Shown here in pieces: positions 18,528 through 28,009 of a DNA stretch of 64,000 bases (position 1 is the first letter of the stretch; each line of letters opens with the position of its first letter). The stretch comes from a virus, in the IMG/VR virus record IMGVR_UViG_3300045131_002929, positions 32,001 to 96,000 of that record. One strand, written 5' to 3'. The position numbers and the translations under genes were made by a program. A model generated the notes under the pieces. That model saw nothing but the letters and a program-made list of their open reading frames with translations, was not told the origin of the DNA and searched no databases.

Positions 18528-20006
18528 ATGACAGATGGCGTGATCTACTTCAACGTCGGCACCAAGTGCCTCCACAGGCTGGCCGTGTCGCTGCGCTCAA
18601 TGCGCAGAATACACTCAGGGCCCTGCGCCGCACTTTGCGCCGACGAATGCCCGCGATGGTTCGCGGAGCTGGCCCGCGCGCTCGACGTCGAACTCCGCGC
18701 CTTCGATCCTGAAGGGCTGCCCCCGCTGGTATTGAAGGCGCGGCTGCACCGCCACAGCCCTTTCGACCGCTCGCTCTTCATAGACGCGGACACGCTGGTG
18801 ACCGGCCGCTTCGACGAGCTTTTCGACCTGATAGGCGAATATGGCTTCGCCGTGGGCCGCTTCGCCGGATGGCGCACCAAGGGCCGGACCATCGCCAGCC
18901 GCATAGCGGCCATGGCCCCGGCGTGCGGGCCGGCCATGGTGGCCGCCGCCTTGGCCTACGGCCCGGCTGTGAACACCGGGGTGTTCGGCTTCACGAAGGA
19001 TTCGAAATTTTTAGAGCCGTGGGCGGACCTTACGCTGCGCGCCCACGAGCTCGGGTGCTCCCGCATACCGGACGAGCTCGCGTGCCAGATGCTGCTGCCC
19101 GCCATCCGCAGCGCGACTTTCGACGAACGCTACGGCGAGTCGGTGAAATTCGGCAAGCTGGGTCCGACCACCCGCATAGTCCATTACCACGGCCGCAAGC
19201 ACGCGCAGGGCTTCCCGGCATGCGGCGAGTGGAAGCGGGCCTACTGGGAGCTCATGGCCGAATGCACGGACGAGGTCCGGGCCGGCCTGGCCGCGGACCT
19301 CGGCGACAAGACGCTGCGCAACTACCGGCGGCGCGAGGCGCTGACCTTCGTCACGGCGGTGGATCCGGGCTATCTGGCCAGCCTGCGGGCCAACTTTCCG
19401 CTTATGGCGGAGGTCGCCGGAATAGCTGGCGAGCCTTGGATCTGCTATGTGAACGGGATTCCCATCGACGACCCGCGGCTTGACTTCCTGAAGGGCCGCG
19501 CCCTTGTGCGAGCCTGGGACTTCGACGCGCCCACCCAGCGCGAGCGGATGCTGACCTGTTTCGTGAAGGCCGCGCCGTTCGACGTCAAGACGCCGCGCTG
19601 GGTCAAGGTGGACGCTGACGTCCGGCCGAGTGGCGCCGCTTTCAAATTCGAGGCGGGCTGGCGCGGCGCGGCGCTCGTAGGCCACCGCTGGCATTACACC
19701 AAGCCTGGCCGATGGCTGCGCGGCCTGGAGGAATGGGCGGACGCCCACCCAGGTTTCGCGGGCAGCGCCCGGCTGTTCACGGCGGGCCATCTGGTGGACG
19801 CCGACGCGCAGCTTCGCTACGGCCACCCCAGGATAGCCTCGTTCATGTGCGCGCACGACACGGCGTTCACGCGTAGATGCGCCGAGCTGGCGGGCCCGGG
19901 GCGGCTGCCGGTGCCCAGCCACGACACTTTCCTATGGTACTGCGCGGCGCGGCTGGGCGAGCCTATCGCCCGTACCAACTTCAAGAAGAAGGGCTTCCAC
20001 CCATGA
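18528..20006 (+). CDS. Two-domain GT-A glycosyltransferase-like protein (N-terminal domain GT8-like)
   Basis: SLFIDADT, NTGVFGF, DE, IVHYHG; second DxD in WVKVDAD. Confidence 0.75.
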   Translation: MTDGVIYFNVGTKCLHRLAVSLRSMRRIHSGPCAALCADECPRWFAELARALDVELRAFDPEGLPPLVLKARLHRHSPFDRSLFIDADTLVTGRFDELFDLIGEYGFAVGRFAGWRTKGRTIASRIAAMAPACGPAMVAAALAYGPAVNTGVFGFTKDSKFLEPWADLTLRAHELGCSRIPDELACQMLLPAIRSATFDERYGESVKFGKLGPTTRIVHYHGRKHAQGFPACGEWKRAYWELMAECTDEVRAGLAADLGDKTLRNYRRREALTFVTAVDPGYLASLRANFPLMAEVAGIAGEPWICYVNGIPIDDPRLDFLKGRALVRAWDFDAPTQRERMLTCFVKAAPFDVKTPRWVKVDADVRPSGAAFKFEAGWRGAALVGHRWHYTKPGRWLRGLEEWADAHPGFAGSARLFTAGHLVDADAQLRYGHPRIASFMCAHDTAFTRRCAELAGPGRLPVPSHDTFLWYCAARLGEPIARTNFKKKGFHP

Positions 20007-20734
20007 TAGAGCTGAACGCGCAGTGCCACTCGTTCGGCATGCGGCTATGCTGGATGCTGTCCAGCCTGGCCGACCAGCGCGGAGCCGCCGGCCTGTTCAA
20101 AGTGTCCGTGGCCTACGCCGCCGACGAGCCGGGGGCGCTGGCCGCCTGCAGAGTGCTGGACTATTTCAAGGGCCGCCTGAGCCTAGTCCGCAGGGAGTAC
20201 CCCGACATGGCCGCCATGATGCTGCGCGGCCGCACCCGCTCGGCGGCCGCCATGGACACGGACGCGGAGTGGATCTTCTTCGCGGACTGCGACGCCGTGT
20301 ACCACCCGGACTACATGGCGGCGCTCGCGTCGGAGCTAGGTCGCCTGCGCGGCGAGGCCGCCGGCAAGTGCGTCTGGTCGGCGCGGCGCACGATGGCCGT
20401 GGAGGCCGGCGAGGCGCTGGTGGGCTCGATGGCCAGGCCGGCCTATGTCCCTGACTCTTTCAAAAGGGCCGACGCCGTCTCCACTGCGTGGTCGAAGCCG
20501 TGCCCCTGCGTGGGCAACACCCAGATAGCCCTGGCCGCCGACGTGAGGGCGCGCGGCGGGTACTCGCCCGGCAAAGCCGACGCCAGCTGGCTGGCCGGCG
20601 CGGGCAACACGAAGAGCGACGTCGGCTTCAGAAGGTCGATGGACGGATGCCTCAGGCTCGAGCTGCCTGATCAGATACACATAAACCACAAGCGCGACGC
20701 GGGTTCCGGCAGGCACCTGACGGAGCAAAGGTAG
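20003..20734 (+). CDS. GT2-like glycosyltransferase
   Basis: ATG 20003 overlaps the upstream stop (ATGA); WIFFADCD, GGY...SDVGF, HINH. Confidence 0.7.
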   Translation: MIELNAQCHSFGMRLCWMLSSLADQRGAAGLFKVSVAYAADEPGALAACRVLDYFKGRLSLVRREYPDMAAMMLRGRTRSAAAMDTDAEWIFFADCDAVYHPDYMAALASELGRLRGEAAGKCVWSARRTMAVEAGEALVGSMARPAYVPDSFKRADAVSTAWSKPCPCVGNTQIALAADVRARGGYSPGKADASWLAGAGNTKSDVGFRRSMDGCLRLELPDQIHINHKRDAGSGRHLTEQR

Positions 20735-20744
20735 CAGTAAAAAA

Positions 20745-21752
20745 ATGCCAAGGATGGTCAGTCTCAAGGAGGATCCGGCCGACGACGCCTCGCTGCGGCA
20801 CGGATACGACAGGCACGTCGGCGACGACTGCGGCAGCCGGACTATGGCCGGCACCTATAGGTTCGGCCAGTACTGCCCCATGTTTTTCACGCAGGAAGGC
20901 GCGACAGCCCACCTGGAGGGCATGTACAGGGGCCGGGCCTGCTTCCTCATAGGCGGCGGGCCGAGCTTGGCCACCCACGACCTGGAGCAGCTGCGCAAAG
21001 CCGGCTGCCTGACCTTCGGGCTGAACAACTCGGCCAAGGTCTTCCGGCCGGACCTGTGGACGTGCGTCGACGACCCTGGCCGCTTCCTGTACTCCGTGTG
21101 GCAGGATCCCCGGATAATGAAGCTGGTGCCCATGGCCCACTTCAAAAAGAATCTGTGGACCAGCTGCTTCGTCGGCGGCCAGCCTCAGTGGCGGCGGGCC
21201 GGCACCACGGTTGGCGACATGCCCAACGTCTGGGGCTTCAGGCGCAACGAGAAGTTCGCGGCGCACCGCTTCCTGACGGAGAACACGATCAACTGGGGGT
21301 GCCACAAGGACTTCGGCGGCTGCCGCTCCGTCATGATCGCGGCCATGCGCCTTATGTGGGAGCTCGGGATACGGACCGTCTACCTGCTCGGCGTCGACAT
21401 GAAGATGACCCAGGAGCGCGGCTACGCGTTCGACGAGGGCCGCAGCCCGAACGCCGTGCGCAACAACGAGCACACCTACGCGCGCATGCTGAGCGAATAC
21501 TTCCCGAAGCTGAAGCCTGAGTTCGACGCCCACGGCTACAAGGTGTACAACTGCAACCCGGACAGCTGCCGCGGCATATTCCCGCACAAGCCCTTCGCGG
21601 AGTGCGTGGCCGAGGCCAACGCCGCGATAGGCGACACGGCCAGGGAGCGGACGGAGGGCATGTACCTGGTCCTGGAGGAGAAGGAGCGGCTGGGCACGGC
21701 CGAGGCCGCCCTGGAGGCGACCAAAGGCTTGAAGCCCGCCAAAGAATCCTAA
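20745..21752 (+). CDS. Maf/DUF115-like (sialyltransferase-type fold) glycosyltransferase
   Basis: CFLIGGGPSL...FGLN...WTCVD...S..AA..LG.RTVYLLGVDM...VYNCN. Confidence 0.7.
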   Translation: MPRMVSLKEDPADDASLRHGYDRHVGDDCGSRTMAGTYRFGQYCPMFFTQEGATAHLEGMYRGRACFLIGGGPSLATHDLEQLRKAGCLTFGLNNSAKVFRPDLWTCVDDPGRFLYSVWQDPRIMKLVPMAHFKKNLWTSCFVGGQPQWRRAGTTVGDMPNVWGFRRNEKFAAHRFLTENTINWGCHKDFGGCRSVMIAAMRLMWELGIRTVYLLGVDMKMTQERGYAFDEGRSPNAVRNNEHTYARMLSEYFPKLKPEFDAHGYKVYNCNPDSCRGIFPHKPFAECVAEANAAIGDTARERTEGMYLVLEEKERLGTAEAALEATKGLKPAKES

Positions 21753-21805
21753 GCGATATACTAACATAAGATGCTTGCGTCAAATTTCCAACAGAGTGGA
21801 CAGAC

Positions 21806-22057
21806 ATGGCCGACGAGAATGGATACAAAACCCTTGCGCCGATGGTCCACTACGGGGTCAACCGCAAATACGGCCCGCACATCGGCATAGGCGGCGCCGG
21901 CGCCAAAGTGCATCTATATCCGCAGTTCATCCACATAGGCGGGGCCGACGACGCGGAGCGCGTGCCGCTGACCCCTAGGCAGGTTCGGCTGGTCTCGAAG
22001 ATAATAGAGCAGATGGGCCGGCTGCCGGCCCAGACCGGAGATTCCAATGCTACCTGA
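21806..22057 (+). CDS. Hypothetical protein
   Basis: 83 aa, fills the gap and overlaps the next gene. Confidence 0.5.
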   Translation: MADENGYKTLAPMVHYGVNRKYGPHIGIGGAGAKVHLYPQFIHIGGADDAERVPLTPRQVRLVSKIIEQMGRLPAQTGDSNAT

Positions 22058-22961
22058 CATCTGTCTCACATGCGGCGACAACGAGTCGGCCACCGCCATC
22101 GGCAGGCCGGAAGGCGTGGGCGGCGGGGTGCCCGACTCGGCGTCGCTGTCGCAGACCGGCATGGCCTCGCGCGGCTCGATAGGCGGCCGCTGCAAGAACA
22201 AGCCTGTGCTGTCCATGGTCAGCCGTTCCGCCCGCACCTTCGTCGTCGCGCTTCAGCGCGCCGACGGATCGCCCGTCGACCTTACAGGCCTGACCGCCGA
22301 GTTCGCCGCCAAAGAGGACAACAGGGCGATCACATTCTACATCCGCAAGCCGATGGTCGTGGCCGACGCCGCGGACGGGCTGCTCACGGTGGATCTGCTG
22401 CCGGACGAGGTTCTCCATGGCGGCGTGTGGCTGGCCGCCATCCTGCTTAGCGGGACGCCAGGCCTGCTCGCCACTTACGACTTGTGGCTCCACGTCGAGA
22501 AAAGCATCCTGTCCTCCGACAGGAAGAACAACATGGTCACGATTCCAGAGCTGCGGCTGGTCCTCATGGACCGCTGCCCGGCCGACAATCCGCTGCTGGA
22601 CGACGTGGACTTCTCGGACTCCGACCTCTGCAGCGCCATCACGCTGCCCGTCTACGAGTGGAACGAGACCCCACCCGTGCTCGAGCAATACACCTACACG
22701 CCGGCCACGTTCCCCTATAAGTACAACTGGCTGCAGGCCGCGGCCGGCGAGGCGATGCGCATAACGGCGCGCAGGCTGTCGCGCAACAGGCTGGTGTACA
22801 CGGCCGGCGGCGTGAACGTGGACGACCTGGCCCGGGCGCAGGTCTACGCGCAGATGGGCCAGGAGCTGCGCGACGAGTGGAAGACTTGGATGATGCGCGA
22901 GAAGGTAAGGCTGAACGCCGAACAGATATACGGAGGGGTCCGCTCGCGGATCTACTACTGA
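22047..22961 (+). CDS. Putative neck/head-tail adaptor protein
   Basis: Position upstream of tail genes; PVDLTG beta-sandwich segment followed by a helical adaptor-like domain. Confidence 0.5.
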   Translation: MLPDICLTCGDNESATAIGRPEGVGGGVPDSASLSQTGMASRGSIGGRCKNKPVLSMVSRSARTFVVALQRADGSPVDLTGLTAEFAAKEDNRAITFYIRKPMVVADAADGLLTVDLLPDEVLHGGVWLAAILLSGTPGLLATYDLWLHVEKSILSSDRKNNMVTIPELRLVLMDRCPADNPLLDDVDFSDSDLCSAITLPVYEWNETPPVLEQYTYTPATFPYKYNWLQAAAGEAMRITARRLSRNRLVYTAGGVNVDDLARAQVYAQMGQELRDEWKTWMMREKVRLNAEQIYGGVRSRIYY

Positions 22962-23899
22962 TGGCCGACTATTTCGGAGTCGTCGAAGTCCTTACCACGC
23001 CGGACGACGTCCGGACGGTATGGTGGCGTATGGGCCGCAACTTCAGCCCGGGCGCCCTGGCGCCGCGGTTCTATGTGGACTGGGGCCGCGCAGCCGGGCC
23101 GTGGACATGCCTGAACCCGACTGCGCCTGTGGTCGGCGACTGCCTGTTCGTGGATTCCGCGAGACGGACCTTCGACATGCAGAAGGATCTTTGGTACAGG
23201 GTAAGGGCGGAGTGGGGCGCCTACAGAGACGCGTCGCTGCCCTGCCAGGCGCTGGGCACGCTGAACGCGCAGGCCCGCCTGACAGCCAAGGCCATCGTCA
23301 AATCCCTGTACACCGGAATGAAGAAGGGCGGGATCCACGGGTTCCTGCTGCGGCGTAGGGACTGGGGGCCCAAATGCTCGACCTGCGCCGACTGGGACAC
23401 CGAGGAGCCTACCATAGGCGACTGCCCCGAATGCCACGGCGTAGGCGTGGCCGGCGGCTACTACCCCGGCGTCGACTGCTGGGTGGAGATCGTACAGCCG
23501 CGGGCCCGCGCCCGCTCGCTGACCGAGGGCGGCCTCGGCGTGGCCGACCCGCAGACCGTCACGGGCCGCTGCGTGGCTTACCCCTGGATCACGGCCGGCG
23601 ACCTTTTCGTGCCGGCGCGCTCCAACGAGCGTTTCATCATACGCAAGATCGACCACCTGGCCGACATGGAGACGAAGCCCATCCTGTTCCTGCTCACCAT
23701 GAACAGGCTGCCGGAGACGTCGCCCGCCATGAACGTGCCGATAGCCGGCAGGCCTGAGGTCTTCACGGTGGAGGCCGGGCCTTGCGTCGCGGTACCCGCC
23801 ACGCCGCCCATACCCGACTCGGAGGACGAGCAGGTGCGTTCCTCCGCCGCTTCCGACGACGCCGGATGGCGCAGAGGCTTGAAACACGAACCCTGGTGA
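22961..23899 (+). CDS. Putative head-closure/neck protein with Zn-binding motif
   Basis: Start at TGATG overlap 22961; CSTC...CPECHGVGVAGGYY. Confidence 0.5.
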   Translation: MADYFGVVEVLTTPDDVRTVWWRMGRNFSPGALAPRFYVDWGRAAGPWTCLNPTAPVVGDCLFVDSARRTFDMQKDLWYRVRAEWGAYRDASLPCQALGTLNAQARLTAKAIVKSLYTGMKKGGIHGFLLRRRDWGPKCSTCADWDTEEPTIGDCPECHGVGVAGGYYPGVDCWVEIVQPRARARSLTEGGLGVADPQTVTGRCVAYPWITAGDLFVPARSNERFIIRKIDHLADMETKPILFLLTMNRLPETSPAMNVPIAGRPEVFTVEAGPCVAVPATPPIPDSEDEQVRSSAASDDAGWRRGLKHEPW

Positions 23900-23902
23900 G
23901 CC

Positions 23903-24556
23903 ATGGCCGATTTCACAGAACCAGTATGGACTACGCCGCAGGACGTCGAGCCCTGCGTCCGCTCGTCCATGGAGCGGGACCGGGACCCTTTCAAAATAAC
24001 CGGCCTGGTCGTGCAATTCCTGAGGAGCCGATTCTTCACCGGCGCGAACATAGGCAACCCGGATCTTAAAGGCTACCTATGGTCGGCCGACGACGCCGCC
24101 AGCCGGATCCTGATAGAGCCAGCTTTCCGGTACAAGACGCGCGACGTTGGCAGAAGACCTGCTTATCTCGTTGCCAGACAGCAAGTGGCAGCCGAGCAGA
24201 CGGCTTTGAGCGGCAGCCGGATGACCATGATGTCGGAGAACAGAGGCGGCCTTACCGGGGTCTGCTACAACATGATCGTCAAGGGCTCGCACCAGATAGC
24301 CTGCGTCGGTCAGACGGGAGCGGAGGCCGAGGCGCTGGCCATCGAGGCGTTCTACGCCTGCATGGAGTTCGCGCCCGTGTTGAAAAGCGAGGGCGCGCTG
24401 GGTAGATTAAGCGTAGATGGAATGGGTCCGCTGCAGAAGATCGATGAGAACCAGGAGAATCTATCGGTGGTCGTATCGCTGTCCTGGGCCTACACCCATA
24501 GCTGGACGCTTTCGCAAACGGCGCCCATCTTGAAAAGTATAATAGCAGTCAACTAA
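23903..24556 (+). CDS. Putative tail completion/terminator protein
   Basis: Size and position immediately before the sheath gene. Confidence 0.45.
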   Translation: MADFTEPVWTTPQDVEPCVRSSMERDRDPFKITGLVVQFLRSRFFTGANIGNPDLKGYLWSADDAASRILIEPAFRYKTRDVGRRPAYLVARQQVAAEQTALSGSRMTMMSENRGGLTGVCYNMIVKGSHQIACVGQTGAEAEALAIEAFYACMEFAPVLKSEGALGRLSVDGMGPLQKIDENQENLSVVVSLSWAYTHSWTLSQTAPILKSIIAVN

Positions 24557-24569
24557 AAGAGAGGCGCAA

Positions 24570-27236
24570 ATGGCATACGTTCAACCGCAACTCAAGATCC
24601 ACGAGGAGTTCACAACGGCGCAGGCCTCCGGCGTATCGCCGCTGTACGCGTGCCTCGTCGGACCCAAGTACAAACTACACCGCTACTCACAGAGCGCCGA
24701 GAAGGCTCTGCTAGGCGCCTACTCCCCGAGCGTCGCGCTCACCGGCGCATACCCCGGCAAAGTCGCGGGCGGCGTGGTCGACCAGGCCTCCGTGTCCGTG
24801 TGGCTCGAAAAAGGCAGGCTGGCCTACTACAGCGGCGCCGATTTCGCCATGCCGGCCGGATCCGCGGCGGGCACCAACAAACTGGCCTCCGACAAGACCT
24901 TGCGCGCTTCGATCGGCTACGACCGCGACGCCGCCTTCGGGTCGCGCGACGTGTCGCTCAACGACCGCGTCGAAGTCACATGGACCGAGGGGGCGGACAC
25001 CGGCTACAGGGCCACCCGCGTGATGGGCTTCATCAACGAGGTGGAGGCGGCTGTCGAAAACGTCGTCGCGGGGGCCAACAAGGCCGCCGTGGCCGTCGGC
25101 TCCGTCGCCGTCGCCAGCAACACGATCGACGCGCTGGCCGAGCTCACGCCCGCCGCCGTCGCGGGCAGCGCCTACTCCGGCATCCGATATGGATACCCCG
25201 AGGAGGTCTACACGGTCCGCGTGACGAAGTCCGGCGGCAGCGGCGTGGCCGAGGCCATGATCCTCTCCGACTCCGGCACCGACGACGTCCTCAACAAGGT
25301 GGTCAACTTCACGTCCACCGACATCGGAACCCGCGGCGTCAAGCTCAAATTGACGGCCGACTCGGGCACCGGGCTGTTGACGCTCGGCGAGGAGATCGTC
25401 GTCAACGCCAGCCAGACGTACGCTGTTCCGACGCTCACGCCGAACGCGACGTACGGCGGGCCGGCCGACACGACCTACATCGTCCAGTGCATGCTGGGCG
25501 GAACCGTCGGGATCAACACCGTCGACAACCCAGCCCCCGCCTATAAGGTGACCACGACCAACGGCGTGGACGCCATGGCCTCCACGCAGATCCTCGCGGC
25601 AGGCTCCATCGCCATCGGCAACTACGGAGTGTGCCTAACGGTGGCCTCCGGCGCGAAGTTCTGCAAAGGCGACTCATGGACCGTCAAAGCCAACGCCGAC
25701 ACGTTCGGCGCGATCAAGACGATGGTCCTGGCCGACAAGCTGGTCGACGAGACCGACGCGAACATCAAGTGCACGACGGCCTCGACCGTGACCATCAAGA
25801 TCGGGCTGCCGGCGGACGTCAAACTGCCGCGCGCCGCCTACGCGCTCACCTCGAGCGCGGTCACGGTGCCAGCGGGGCTGACCTACCGCGGCAACTACCT
25901 CGGATCCGACCAGACCTTCCCGGTCATGGCCGGCGACATGTACGTCGACTACCGCGAGTTCATCGCCTCGGGGGCCAACGAGGTCCGCGCCGTGGGCAGC
26001 TCCGCAGACGTGCTCGCGCTCCTCGGACCGGCCAGCGAATCCAACCCTCTCGCCCTCGCCGCCGATTTGGCGCTCGCGAACAGCGGCGGATCGCCCGTCT
26101 ATTACGTCCAGGTCGCCTCCGACGACGTCGCGGGCTACACCGCGGCCCTGGACGCCACGACCAACACGCAGGAGGTCTACTCCCTCGTGCCTTTGACCAA
26201 GGCCGAGGCTGTGAAGAGCCTGGTGGCCGCCCACGTGGCCGACCAGTCCTCCGCCTACAAGAACAACTGGCGCATCGCCTGGTTCGGATCCTCCATCGGG
26301 GATCAGAAGCCCGTCTACGTCAGCGAGGCCGGCATGGACGTACTTGCCACCGTGGTCAAGCCCGGTGGCAACGAGTACGCGGACCTGATCAGCAGCAACG
26401 GCAAGTTCGTCACCAACGAGGTGGCCGTCGGCGATGTGATCCGGTACAACTACCAGCCCAGCACGAGCGGCGTCACGACCTACACGGAAGGCGTGGTCGT
26501 GGCCGTGGTCTCCGAGGACGAGCTGCGCATCTCCGCGCTCGACGAGGAGAACTTCGACAACGAGATCAAGATCGAGCTTTGGCGCCCGCGCTCGCAGACG
26601 GCCATGGCCGGCGACATCGCGGCCGAGTCCAACGGATACGGCAACCGCCGCGTCCGCAACATCTGGCCCGACGCCCTGCCCTTGGAAGACGGAACGGAAG
26701 TCCCGAGCCAGTTCCTGGCCGCGGCCCTCGCGGGCCTGCGTTCAGGCTCCGCGCCCCACCAGCCCTTGACCAACGTGTCGATCGCCGGTTTCGGAATTCC
26801 GACCAGGACCAACATGTTCCCGGCCTCCGACCTGAACACGATCGCGGGCGGCGGCACTTGGATCGTGATGTCCAGCTCCGGCGACGTCATCACGCGCCAT
26901 CAGCTGACCACCGACATGAGCGACATCAACATGCGCGAGGACACCGTCACGTGCAACGTCGACTCGCTCGCCAGGCGGTACCGCTCCGGGTTCGCCGACC
27001 TGACGGGCAAGGGCAACGTGTCGCAGGAGATGCTGGACGTCATCCGCATGCGGCTGCTGTCCGTCTCGTCCGCGATCCTCGCCGTGGCGTGGCCCGCCGC
27101 CATCGGACCGCAGATGCAGGGCTTCGATATAACGGGCATCTGGATCGACCCCGTCCTGAAAGACCAGGTGCACGTCAGGGTGACTCCGTTGCTGCCCTAC
27201 CCGTTGAACAACCTGGACGTCTACATCACCATCTAA
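24570..27236 (+). CDS. Contractile tail sheath protein
   Basis: MAYVQP start; AAALAGL..SAPHQPLTN, LNTIAGGG, RHQLTTD..RE..NVD, PYPLNNLDVYITI sheath-type C-terminus; strong codon bias. Confidence 0.8.
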   Translation: MAYVQPQLKIHEEFTTAQASGVSPLYACLVGPKYKLHRYSQSAEKALLGAYSPSVALTGAYPGKVAGGVVDQASVSVWLEKGRLAYYSGADFAMPAGSAAGTNKLASDKTLRASIGYDRDAAFGSRDVSLNDRVEVTWTEGADTGYRATRVMGFINEVEAAVENVVAGANKAAVAVGSVAVASNTIDALAELTPAAVAGSAYSGIRYGYPEEVYTVRVTKSGGSGVAEAMILSDSGTDDVLNKVVNFTSTDIGTRGVKLKLTADSGTGLLTLGEEIVVNASQTYAVPTLTPNATYGGPADTTYIVQCMLGGTVGINTVDNPAPAYKVTTTNGVDAMASTQILAAGSIAIGNYGVCLTVASGAKFCKGDSWTVKANADTFGAIKTMVLADKLVDETDANIKCTTASTVTIKIGLPADVKLPRAAYALTSSAVTVPAGLTYRGNYLGSDQTFPVMAGDMYVDYREFIASGANEVRAVGSSADVLALLGPASESNPLALAADLALANSGGSPVYYVQVASDDVAGYTAALDATTNTQEVYSLVPLTKAEAVKSLVAAHVADQSSAYKNNWRIAWFGSSIGDQKPVYVSEAGMDVLATVVKPGGNEYADLISSNGKFVTNEVAVGDVIRYNYQPSTSGVTTYTEGVVVAVVSEDELRISALDEENFDNEIKIELWRPRSQTAMAGDIAAESNGYGNRRVRNIWPDALPLEDGTEVPSQFLAAALAGLRSGSAPHQPLTNVSIAGFGIPTRTNMFPASDLNTIAGGGTWIVMSSSGDVITRHQLTTDMSDINMREDTVTCNVDSLARRYRSGFADLTGKGNVSQEMLDVIRMRLLSVSSAILAVAWPAAIGPQMQGFDITGIWIDPVLKDQVHVRVTPLLPYPLNNLDVYITI

Positions 27237-27242
27237 GCAACC

Positions 27243-27269
27243 GACCGGCGCCTAAACGGGGCGCCGGTC
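27243..27269 (+). other. Intergenic hairpin between sheath and tube genes
   Basis: GACCGGCGCC-N7-GGCGCCGGTC; no T-run on the plus strand. Confidence 0.6.
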
Positions 27270-27291
27270 ATAAAAGAAAGGCAGATAAAAC

Positions 27292-27888
27292 ATGGCTGAC
27301 GCAAACACATACACGGACGTCTTCGGCTCGGCGCTTCAGTTTGGCGGATCCTGGAAACTGGACGGCGCCATTCTGACGTTCACAACCGGCGGATCGTTCG
27401 GCGGCGACACTGTCGGAGTCAACAACGACGGTACGACCAAAATCACAAAGGGCACAGTCAAGCAGGGGAAGCTTACTTACGAGCTCGTGGTCCAGGACGT
27501 GCAGTTCACCTACAAACGCCCGGTCAACAGGCTGTTGTCTTTGACGAGCGCCAAGCAGTACATGGTCACAGGCAGGGGCATGGGTCAGTTGCAGATCTCG
27601 TCCATCATGGGTAAGAAGGACGACATGTACCTTTTCATCCAGACGTTCTCCAACCCTTGCAACGTCGGCTCCAACATCATCTCGCTCAAAGCTTGCGACA
27701 ACGCGTGCCCCGTTCAAGCGGAAGCGGGCGAGGAGGCCAGCAAAGGCAAACCGCAGATCTTCAACCTGCTCTACGTGCTGCTCGACAGCATCGCGGCCCA
27801 GGTGCAGGTAGGCGAGCTCTCCTATGTGACCGAGACGATCACCGGAGTCTTCGGAGGCCTTAACCTCGAGACTGAAATCAAAAACTGA
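27292..27888 (+). CDS. Tail tube protein (putative)
   Basis: 198 aa, beta-rich, directly after the sheath gene and followed by a terminator. Confidence 0.65.
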   Translation: MADANTYTDVFGSALQFGGSWKLDGAILTFTTGGSFGGDTVGVNNDGTTKITKGTVKQGKLTYELVVQDVQFTYKRPVNRLLSLTSAKQYMVTGRGMGQLQISSIMGKKDDMYLFIQTFSNPCNVGSNIISLKACDNACPVQAEAGEEASKGKPQIFNLLYVLLDSIAAQVQVGELSYVTETITGVFGGLNLETEIKN

Positions 27889-27920
27889 AAAGTAACGACC
27901 TTCGACAAGACAGCGCGAAC

Positions 27921-27965
27921 AGCCGCCGGCTGCCCGGACGCCGGGCCCGGCGGCTTTCTCTTAAT
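27921..27965 (+). terminator. Rho-independent terminator
   Basis: AGCCGCCGG...GCCCGG-ACG-CCGGGC-CCGGCGGCT followed by TTCTCTTAAT. Confidence 0.7.
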
Positions 27966-28009
27966 CAAGCGCAGGCCGTGATCCGTACGGCCCTCATCAG
28001 CGGGGAACC

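Noticed and set aside
25631-27376. Long alternative-frame and antisense ORFs (also 4182-5630, 7186-8544, 29326-30582, 39191-40672, 53657-54886, 62983-63927)
   Set aside because: Low-complexity shadow ORFs expected in high-GC coding DNA; each overlaps a better-supported gene.
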